This document shows positions 1 to 7,293 of a stretch of 34,705 nt of DNA, piece by piece (the stretch's first letter is position 1; every line of letters starts with the position of its first letter). Position numbers and translations under genes: made by a program. The notes below the pieces were generated by a model that saw only the letters and a program-made list of their open reading frames with translations, did not search any database and was not told the origin of the DNA. The stretch lies in the NCBI GenBank assembly GCA_964564395.1, contig CAZMBT010000001.1, positions 1-34,705 on the forward strand. Direction: 5' to 3'. This stretch comes from an uncultured Alkalilacustris sp. Lineage in GTDB: Bacteria > Pseudomonadota > Alphaproteobacteria > Rhodobacterales > Rhodobacteraceae.

Positions 1-22
1 TTTTCACAGAATGCTCTCTGGA

Positions 23-2479
23 TCAGCGCGCTTCGGAATACGCCGAGGCACGGATATCCGCGGCAACGGACTCGACCGTTGTTTCCTTCAGCGACCAGCG
101 GGGCCAGCCCGCCACCCAGGCGTGAAGGGTGCGTACCAGATCGTCCGGAATCTTCGCATCCGGAGCATGGCGCAGTGCCGACACCAAGACGCCGACTGCA
201 TCCATGGTCGGGATCGCGGTGTCGCCATCCGGCGCGTCCGGTCGGCATACGACAAGCCCGAGGATGTCGATATCCGCCCCGGCCAAGCCCTCTGCCGAAG
301 GAAGCAGACAACCGCGTCGTCCGCGCGGCCACAGGTCGCGACGCGATCCCATGGCGGGGTCGGACACGGCCAATCCCACACCTTCCGGCATCGCCACGGG
401 AAGCCCGAGCGCGGATGCCGCACCGATCTCGTCGGCAGCCACGGCGGCCCCCCAGCCCAGATCCGCATTCAGCGCCTCGGCCAGTGCGAAGGTGGCCTGG
501 TCGACAAGAATGTCCCCATCGCCTCCCGCGACGAGCACCGTGCGCCGGCGTCCACATGCGCCGCGACCACGCAGGCAAATCGTCGTCACCGCCAACCCGA
601 CCGGCGCGACGGACTCCGCCGCGAGCGCCAGATCGAACAGCTGCTCGCGCATCCTCGGTGCCAGCCCGGCCAGGCTTGTCTGCGGCACCGCGATCTGCCC
701 CTGACGGGCCAGCGCGTATCCGCCGCGCCGCCGCAGCACGTCGATCCCGTCATTCGGAGCCGCGGCGCGCCCCACATCCTTTTGCAGATCGAATACAGCC
801 TTCAGCCGGGCCGCCGCCAGCGCGTCGCCCGGTTCGACACGAATGCGCGCTGCACCCGCGCGCAGAACCATCGGTTCTGCCGTTGCCGATTTCCGTACAA
901 GATAGGGACGAACATCCGCGTTGAAGGTGTCCGGCGCATCCGGAATTCCGTCGGGTCCGGTCTTGCGCAGCATCGCCAGCTCGACCCAGTCGGCCAGTTG
1001 ATCCCAGACCAGGCGACGCATCTCCCATTGCCCGGCGGGGTCAGTCTTGCCGCTCAGGCGCGCCATTTCAGCGGCGATCATGTCAGGATTCGCGCCCTCC
1101 ACCGCCTGCAGCCATATCCATGCCGCCGTATCGTTGAGCCGGTACATCTTGCCGTCCTGGCGGCAATGCAGCGTGAGGGTGTCATCGTCGATGATCTCTT
1201 CGACCCGGTGCCGTGCGAGCACCGGCCGCTGCACCCCGCCGCCGGCCAGGGCGTCCGCTGCGACCAAGTCCGCGGCGCGGGGCAGGGGCATGAATGGCAG
1301 GTAATCCTGCGGGGTCGCCGTCGGCACCAGCGGCTGCCAGCCCCCGGCGCGGGATTGCTCGTCACGGGTCTCGGCGACAATGCGTTCGGCGGGGTCGGCG
1401 AATTCTTCGTTCGCGGGTGCCGCCCGGTTGAAGCCCATCATGTCGACCAGTTCGCGCACCATGCGCGGCTTGATCTCGGCCTCGGCGGTGCCGCCATCCT
1501 GCGGTGCCGCACAGACGTCAAGCGACGGGCTGAGATTGCATTCCAGGATCCACGGCTTCAGGTCGGCATCCAGCATGACATCGAGCCCGATCAGTTCGAA
1601 GCACCGCCGCGTGTCGGCATTCAGCGCGGCGCTGCGCCGGCGCATGTATTCGCGCGCCGACACGGTGGTAATGCGTACCAGATCCTGCAGCCGCTCGAAG
1701 AGCGCCACATCGTCATGGCCCTGCTCGCGCAGCCAGGGGCGGTAGTCGCGCATCGGAATGAAGATGACGGGCGACTCGCTCTCGGTATTGGTCGCGTTCA
1801 CGTCCGGATTGGTCAGATGGCTGTACAGATCGGTGATGTCGTCCGGCGCATAGGGGTGCGAAGCGAGCTTGGCAAAACCTTCCTCATAGAGATAGACGCG
1901 CAGCGGCTCGACCGAGGTGAAGGCCACGTAGAAGCGCAGCACATATTTGTGCCCGCGGATGGTGTGCGGCCGGTCGAGATAGCGCTGAACCATGAACGCC
2001 TTGTCATTGGGCGCAAGCGCCGCATCCGGCAGGATGGAGATCCCCCGACCGCGGGACGAATTGCACGGCTTGAGGATCCAGCGCTGCTCGGGCTCGGCCG
2101 CTGCGGCGGCCTGAAGGCTGTGGTATGCGTCGGGCAGCGGAAAGGTCTCGGGCAGGAAATCCATCCGCCGCGCCGTGTCACTTTCCGGGCCGGCTTCGGC
2201 GATCTGGCGGGCCCGCGCGATCGACAGGGTCCGCGCCAGCGCGCTCTTGATCGTCAGGCAGTTGTTGCCGGGTATGTGGTTGACCCAAGTGCCGGGAGGG
2301 CGATCGCTGAACGCCTTCGGGCGCGGCATGCCCGTGTACCAGCAAGCATCCCAGTTGTCCGCGTCTCCCGCCGTCCAGCGATTCCCGTCGAGCGCTGCCA
2401 GAAACGGAGCATCCTGCCCCGCCTCGCGTCGACCGCCGCACCAATGGCGCAGCTTCTTGTCTGTCGTCGATCGAGTCAT
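23..2479 (-). CDS. Tubulin-tyrosine ligase-like (TTLL) ATP-grasp ligase fused to a PqqD/RRE domain and a degenerate HprK-related kinase-like domain (818 aa)
   Basis: TTL/TTLL motifs occur in the expected order: VNHIPG, FLPETF, WILKPCNSSRGRG, VQRYL-x-RP, KYVLRFYV, PLRVYLY-EG, HLTN, CFELIGLDVMLD-x-LKPWILECNLSPSL. A PqqD-like segment follows (~963-1215: MYRLNDTAAWIW...GANPDMIAAEMA...WVELAML). Start moved from 2596 to the ATG at 2479 because GGAGGAG lies just upstream. Confidence 0.9.
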   Translation of the reverse strand: MTRSTTDKKLRHWCGGRREAGQDAPFLAALDGNRWTAGDADNWDACWYTGMPRPKAFSDRPPGTWVNHIPGNNCLTIKSALARTLSIARARQIAEAGPESDTARRMDFLPETFPLPDAYHSLQAAAAAEPEQRWILKPCNSSRGRGISILPDAALAPNDKAFMVQRYLDRPHTIRGHKYVLRFYVAFTSVEPLRVYLYEEGFAKLASHPYAPDDITDLYSHLTNPDVNATNTESESPVIFIPMRDYRPWLREQGHDDVALFERLQDLVRITTVSAREYMRRRSAALNADTRRCFELIGLDVMLDADLKPWILECNLSPSLDVCAAPQDGGTAEAEIKPRMVRELVDMMGFNRAAPANEEFADPAERIVAETRDEQSRAGGWQPLVPTATPQDYLPFMPLPRAADLVAADALAGGGVQRPVLARHRVEEIIDDDTLTLHCRQDGKMYRLNDTAAWIWLQAVEGANPDMIAAEMARLSGKTDPAGQWEMRRLVWDQLADWVELAMLRKTGPDGIPDAPDTFNADVRPYLVRKSATAEPMVLRAGAARIRVEPGDALAAARLKAVFDLQKDVGRAAAPNDGIDVLRRRGGYALARQGQIAVPQTSLAGLAPRMREQLFDLALAAESVAPVGLAVTTICLRGRGACGRRRTVLVAGGDGDILVDQATFALAEALNADLGWGAAVAADEIGAASALGLPVAMPEGVGLAVSDPAMGSRRDLWPRGRRGCLLPSAEGLAGADIDILGLVVCRPDAPDGDTAIPTMDAVGVLVSALRHAPDAKIPDDLVRTLHAWVAGWPRWSLKETTVESVAADIRASAYSEAR

Positions 2480-2574
2480 GTTCTCCTCCGTACACGGGCA
2501 CCGTCGGCACGACACAACCCTATCAACAGCCGACAAGCCAGACAGCACAAACGATTGTGAACTGTCGGGCCGTT

Positions 2575-2608
2575 CGCCCCAAGCCCCGACTGCCACGGGC
2601 TTGGGGCG
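2575..2608. other. Perfect 12-bp inverted repeat (hairpin) about 95 nt upstream of the TTLL gene
   Basis: CGCCCCAAGCCC (2575-2586) / GGGCTTGGGGCG (2597-2608) with a 10-nt loop and no U-tract on either strand. Function unknown. Confidence 0.5.
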
Positions 2609-2921
2609 GCCGCCATCGACCGGCGGGGCCCGGGCTCAACCTGCCTTTCCCCTCTCCGCAGCGGTCATCGAGGAGGCGCAGGCACGGCGCGGTCCGGCTG
2701 CGTCGAAGCGCGTCCGAGGGGCGGTAAGGCGCAGGCCGGCCCATGCAGAAAGGGCGGCCACCTTGGATGCGTGCCGCGCGTGTGTTGCCGCGCATGCGGG
2801 CCGTCCGAGCGTAACGCATTCGTGACGGGCCGATGGCTTCGCGCCGCGAACTCTTCATGTCACGCTGCAGCCTTTCGCGTGGGCAGACGCGTTCGCGACG
2901 CGAGGTTCAGGAGTGCGGTGA

Positions 2922-3095
2922 ATGGGGGTGCGGGACGGAACGGCGGGGTTCGATGCGCTGTCGCGCCCGCATTTCGATGCGCTCGATCGCACGGCGTTGC
3001 GCCTCTCGCCGCACCCGTCGGCGGCCGAGGATCTGGTGCAGGAAGCCTGCCTGCGGGCGCATCGTGATTTCGCCGCCGGCCGGGCTGGCCTGAAC
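2922..3095 (+). pseudogene. N-terminal fragment of an ECF (group 4) sigma-70 factor, region 2
   Basis: FDALSRPHFDALDRTALRLSPHPSAAEDLVQEACLRAHRDF matches the ECF sigma2 pattern (L-x-R-x-A-x-RL...AEDLVQE-x-x-LRA). AGGAG precedes the ATG at 2922. Similarity ends before the expected AWL motif and no sigma4 domain follows. Confidence 0.7.
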
Positions 3096-3134
3096 ACTCC
3101 GCCCCGCGCACCAGGAAACCTGAAGGAGATTCGA

Positions 3135-3833
3135 ATGCCTGATCGCTACACCCGGCGCGTCGCCATCGCCACCATCGCTGCGGGAACCTTTACCGCGTCC
3201 CCGGCTCTGGCCTGGCATGATACGGTGCATCGAAGTCCTTCTACGGGTGGCAGTCGATCCCGCTCCCGAGAGTCCGGCCCGCAGGCCGAGGCGCAATTCG
3301 GCGATGTCCCGCTGCGCGAGGATGATTTTGTTCTGGGCGCGTCGGATGCCCCGATCACGCTGATCAAGTATGGCTCGCTGGCCTGTCCGCATTGCGCGGC
3401 GTTTCATGAACACACCGCAGCGGCGCTCAAGCGCGGACACATTCCGGATGGACGCGTGCGCTACGTGCATCGCCATTTCCCGCTCGATCAGCTGGCGATG
3501 GCTGCAGCGGTTCTGTTGCATTGCGGGGACAGCGACCGCGACCGCTTCTATGCGCTGCTCGACATCCTCTATGCCGAGCAGTCGAACTGGACCAGGGCCT
3601 CCGATCCCATCGACGCGCTGCGCCGGATCGCGGCCAGCACCGGGCTGAACGGCGATCAGTTCGCCGCGTGCCGCGCCGACCGGCCCCTGGCCGAGCGCAT
3701 CCTGGCCGAGCGCAGCGAGGGCGCCGAGGTGTTCGGGGTTCAGGCGACGCCGACGCTGCTGATCAATGGCGCACGCTACAGCGGCAATCTCGGCCTCGCG
3801 CAGATTGACAGGATCTTCGATCAGATAGCTTGA
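3135..3833 (+). CDS. DsbA-family (thioredoxin_4-like) exported thiol-disulfide oxidoreductase
   Basis: LGASDAPITLIKYGSLACPHCAAF (CPHC), VRYVHRHFPL, GVQATPTLLING (cis-Pro TPT). N-terminal TRRVAI...ALA signal. AAGGAG RBS before ATG 3135. Confidence 0.9.
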   Translation: MPDRYTRRVAIATIAAGTFTASPALAWHDTVHRSPSTGGSRSRSRESGPQAEAQFGDVPLREDDFVLGASDAPITLIKYGSLACPHCAAFHEHTAAALKRGHIPDGRVRYVHRHFPLDQLAMAAAVLLHCGDSDRDRFYALLDILYAEQSNWTRASDPIDALRRIAASTGLNGDQFAACRADRPLAERILAERSEGAEVFGVQATPTLLINGARYSGNLGLAQIDRIFDQIA

Positions 3834-3902
3834 ACCGCAACGGGCGGCGTGGCGACGGCGCGATGCGCCGCGGCCGCATCGCATCGCGTCCGAGGTCACG
3901 CA

Positions 3903-4442
3903 ATGAAGAAATCGTCAAGGCGCACCGGGTCGAGACGCAAGGCGGGCGCAGCCGCTGCGCGCAAGGCCCCGGCGCACGTCACATCATCCGGTACCGCGTT
4001 CACGCGGCGGCGCCTGCTGCGTGGCATCAGGAACGGCGCGATCGCGGCGGCGGTGCTGTCGGTGGGCGGCTGGGTGCTCGCCGACAGCTATCGGGGGCAT
4101 GTCGAGCGGCACGATCTATCGGTGATCGGCAACGGTGTTCCGGTCGTGGTGCAGATCCATGATCCGCAATGCGCGACCTGCCGCGCCCTGCAAAGCGAAA
4201 CCCTGAGCGCGGCCAAGTCCTTCAGTGACGCCCAGCTCGTGGTGCGGGTGGCCGACATCCGGTCGCCCGAAGGCCGTGCCCTGGCCAGCAGATACGGCGT
4301 GCCCCATGTCACGCTCTTGCTCTTCGATGGGGACGGCGAGATGCAGCAGGTCATCAGCGGGTTGGTTGACCGTGCCGTCCTGCGGGAGAGTTTCGAAGCC
4401 CATGTTTCGCGGTTTCCCGGCGGCCGGTCCGGCGGGGCATGA
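3903..4442 (+). CDS. Membrane-anchored thioredoxin-like protein (CxxC)
   Basis: Basic N-terminus, TRRRLL plus a hydrophobic helix, then PVVVQIHDPQCATCRALQ and ALASRYGVPHVTLLLFDGDG (Trx fold). GAGG before ATG 3903. Confidence 0.8.
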   Translation: MKKSSRRTGSRRKAGAAAARKAPAHVTSSGTAFTRRRLLRGIRNGAIAAAVLSVGGWVLADSYRGHVERHDLSVIGNGVPVVVQIHDPQCATCRALQSETLSAAKSFSDAQLVVRVADIRSPEGRALASRYGVPHVTLLLFDGDGEMQQVISGLVDRAVLRESFEAHVSRFPGGRSGGA

Positions 4443-4640
4443 GACGGGTCGTGACAGCAAAACCGCCACCGCGACACCCCGCCAAACGCAGGTCCAAGGG
4501 CGTGACCGGCTCGCCAGTCATCGCGGGGTTCTTTCGCGGCTGCGGTAACCATGGGACGCGTCATGGCGAATGAGTCCGCAGATGAAACGAGTCCAAGGAG
4601 ACCCGTGCGCATGACATGCGCCACTGCCGAAAGGGCACAG

Positions 4641-5693
4641 ATGACATCCATGAACATGACGCGCCGCCGCATGCTGTTCGGCGGGGCGGGACTGGCATTC
4701 GCGGCCGGGATCAGCCATCCATTCAGGGCGCGGGCCGCAAGCGCGCCCTATCCGTTGCTGTCGCAGGGGCGACTGACACCGCGCGACCCCGCCGAGTATG
4801 ACGCGGCGAAGCTTTCCGGCGGGCCGGGCAAGGACGGTATCCCGGCCATCGACGCGCCCGAGTTCTGGTCCCCCGAGGAGGCGGACGGCTATCTCGACGA
4901 CGGCGACATCGTGTTCGGCCTGGTCGAGAACGGGGTTGCGCGTGCGTATCCGCAGCGCATCCTGGTATGGCACGAAATCGTCAATGACACTGTGGGCGGT
5001 ACGGGCCTGGCAGTGACCTATTGCCCGCTCACCGGGACCGCCATCACCTTTGAACGTGGCGGCACCGAGTTCGGCGTCTCGGGGCGGCTCGTGAACAGCA
5101 ATCTGATCATGTATGATCGCGACACCGATACCTGGTTTCCGCAGATCCTGGCTGTGGGCATCAGCGGGCCGCACACGGGCAGCGCGCTCGTCGAACGCCC
5201 GATGATGTGGACCACATGGGAACGCTGGCGCGCAACCCACCCCGATACCTGGGTTCTTTCGACGCGAACCGGCTTCGCCCGCAACTACAATCGCGACCCT
5301 TATGGTGCCTACAACCCGCGCAGCGGCTACTACCGTCCCGACAGTGATCGGATGTTTCCGGTGATGCACGAGGATGGCCGACTCCCGCTGAAATCCGTGG
5401 TGCTCGGCGCGCGCACAGCCGACGCGGCGGTTGCCGTAGGCAAGGACGTGCTGCGCGAGGCCGGGCGGCTCGAACTCGAAAGCGGCGGCGCCGTGTTCAC
5501 CGCCATCCACGATAGCGCGCTCGACACCGGCTACGTCTTTGCGGGGCGTACACAGGCGCAGGCATCGACTGACGGCACCGGGCCGAATGGCGTCACCTGG
5601 TCGGGAGGCGACGGGCTCACCCCGGTCAACGCCTTCGAGGCGATGTGGTTCGCCTGGACGGCTTTCTATCCGGAGACGGCCCTGCATGGTTGA
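4641..5693 (+). CDS. DUF3179-family exported protein with Tat signal
   Basis: GGPGKDGIPAIDAP, RAYPQRILVWHEIVND, TYCPLTG, FGVSGRLVNSNLIMYDR and MWFAWTAFYP are DUF3179 hallmarks. TRRRML Tat motif. The start could be 4611, 4641, 4650 or 4656. Confidence 0.85.
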   Translation: MTSMNMTRRRMLFGGAGLAFAAGISHPFRARAASAPYPLLSQGRLTPRDPAEYDAAKLSGGPGKDGIPAIDAPEFWSPEEADGYLDDGDIVFGLVENGVARAYPQRILVWHEIVNDTVGGTGLAVTYCPLTGTAITFERGGTEFGVSGRLVNSNLIMYDRDTDTWFPQILAVGISGPHTGSALVERPMMWTTWERWRATHPDTWVLSTRTGFARNYNRDPYGAYNPRSGYYRPDSDRMFPVMHEDGRLPLKSVVLGARTADAAVAVGKDVLREAGRLELESGGAVFTAIHDSALDTGYVFAGRTQAQASTDGTGPNGVTWSGGDGLTPVNAFEAMWFAWTAFYPETALHG

Positions 5694-6258
5694 AATGCTG
5701 CGCGAGCTTGCCCGAGATCCAATCAGTCATCTGATCTTCTGGTCGGTGACGCTGGTCTATGTTGTGCTCTTCCAGATCGCGCTTGGTGACCTGACGGTGG
5801 ATGCACGCGCCGCGCGCGCGCCGGAGGCGCTTCTCGTTCCCGGCTGGGCCGAGATGATCTGGCGCACCCGCGGGCCGTTTCATTTCGAGCCCATCGGGAT
5901 GCTGGAAGCCCCGTTCGTGGTGTGGCTGATATCACCGGTCAATCTGGCGATCGGTGCGGTGCTGGGCGCGCTGACCGGCGCCCAGATCGCGCTCGTGCGG
6001 ATCGCGCGTCGCTGTGCGGTGCAGTGCGGGCTGAGCCCGCTGACCGGCGTGCTCGCCGGGTTGCCGGGCCTGCTGGCGGGGACGGCGTGCTGCGCTCCGC
6101 TGTTGTTCCTGCTACTGGGCGTGCAGGTCACCGCCGGGCTGCTCACGCTGATGGGGCTTATGGTCCCGATCGCCTTCATTCTGCTGCTTGCGGGCATGCT
6201 GTTTTCCCTTCACTACGCCGCACGCCGCTGCGCACAGGCCGCGCCTCAGCCCGGCTGA
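5686..6258 (+). CDS. Integral membrane protein (about 4 TM helices) with a CCAP motif, function unknown
   Basis: Hydrophobic stretches, GTACCAPLL and RRCAVQC. Start overlaps the DUF3179 stop, suggesting translational coupling. Confidence 0.75.
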   Translation: MVEMLRELARDPISHLIFWSVTLVYVVLFQIALGDLTVDARAARAPEALLVPGWAEMIWRTRGPFHFEPIGMLEAPFVVWLISPVNLAIGAVLGALTGAQIALVRIARRCAVQCGLSPLTGVLAGLPGLLAGTACCAPLLFLLLGVQVTAGLLTLMGLMVPIAFILLLAGMLFSLHYAARRCAQAAPQPG

Positions 6259-6603
6259 GCGCGGTTCGAAAGGTGTCGTAACGCGTCGTGGCGGCGGCAT
6301 CGCTGCGCCGGTGACAAGGCGCTGCCATCCCGCACGCAGCCGTGATGCGTGAGCGAGGTCACGGTGATGCCGTCAGGTTGCGGCTCTCAGTGCGCTGATA
6401 TTAAGACACGAAATCCTTCTGCTCTCAGGGCGCTGACGGTCCTGTGATTACACCCGCGCGCCGCACTGCGCCGCCGTGAATGGAGGTGTTTTGATCGGGT
6501 GCGCGAGAATGCCCATCCTGGGATCACAGCAAAGGCAGATGCCGATCCGACACCGAAAGGCAGATGTCCGGGCAACACATGACGAACTGAAAGGAACCGA
6601 GCC

Positions 6604-6891
6604 ATGAAACTGACGACCACCACTCTCGCCATGATCGCCGCCGCCCTTCTGGCCACCGCCGCGCATGCGTCCGTTCCCGGCGTCGGGGATCCGCTGCCGC
6701 GCGACGTCGCAGAGGCGGCCAAGGAAGGCTTCGCCACGACCGGCGTGCACGGCGTCGGCGAGGTGGCCGAGTTCTTCATCCCCCGCGACCGGGCCACGAT
6801 GGGCGATGCCGGCGACATTACCGTCTCTACCTTCTCGGACGCTGCCGAGATCGATGCGGCCCGCCCGAGCGATCCCACCCTCTTTCGCTGA
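6604..6891 (+). CDS. Small secreted hypothetical protein (95 aa)
   Basis: AAAGGA RBS, Sec signal MKLTTTTLAMIAAALLATAAHA, GC3-rich codons, and a terminator downstream. Confidence 0.8.
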   Translation: MKLTTTTLAMIAAALLATAAHASVPGVGDPLPRDVAEAAKEGFATTGVHGVGEVAEFFIPRDRATMGDAGDITVSTFSDAAEIDAARPSDPTLFR

Positions 6892-6955
6892 GGCCTTGCT
6901 CCGGGTGATTCTCGATCATGGTCGCCTTGCGGGGCGATCATCACTCTCTCCCTCG

Positions 6956-6985
6956 AGGCCCCGCATGGATTGCGGGGCCTTTTTT
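6956..6985 (+). terminator. Rho-independent terminator
   Basis: AGGCCCCGCA-TGGAT-TGCGGGGCCT followed by TTTTT, 65 nt after the small secreted gene. Confidence 0.85.
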
Positions 6986-7293
6986 GCGCCGTTGCGCTTC
7001 GCTGCTGCTTGATCTCCCCTTGGCGGGTGCGATCAACCTGCGTGGTATGGCGGCGACACTGCTACATGACTTTCGCACCGGTCATGCCGGGAGCGGGCAG
7101 TGGACGGTTCCGGTGCCTCTGCAGGGGCACGACGCGGACAGGCAGGCGCCCGGCAGCCTTGAAACTTCCTCATTCTCGGCCTCCGTGCGCCCGTGTTTCG
7201 GCACGCGCGCGCCACGATTGTCCTGATACTGGCGCCTGCATCATCTTGGAGATTCTCTGAGCAGATCTGGTTCCCTTCCGAAAGCAGCTCGGA

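Noticed and set aside
11-2560. 849-aa ORF on the + strand
   Set aside because: Antisense shadow of the TTLL gene: Arg/His/Gln-rich, no motifs, typical of high-GC DNA.
2480-2596. 39-codon N-terminal extension of the TTLL ORF, considered as a fused leader or precursor
   Set aside because: A strong GGAGGAG RBS sits before ATG 2479. The extension starts inside a hairpin and has no RBS.
2810-2827. Imperfect dyad CGTAAC-N6-GTGACG, with a similar string near 6277-6294
   Set aside because: Short, mismatched and plausible by chance at this GC content. No regulator can be assigned.
3831-3902. DsbA and Trx-like genes share a frame, separated by a single TGA (possible Sec or readthrough fusion)
   Set aside because: The TGA is at the natural DsbA C-terminus, not at a catalytic Cys position. 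The downstream gene has its own RBS, ATG and export signal, and no SECIS is evident.
6604-6891. Small acidic protein as the TTLL-RRE precursor peptide
   Set aside because: It has a classical Sec signal rather than an RRE-type leader, lies 4 kb away on the opposite strand, has its own terminator and lacks a Glu-rich tract. Unsupported, though not strictly excluded.
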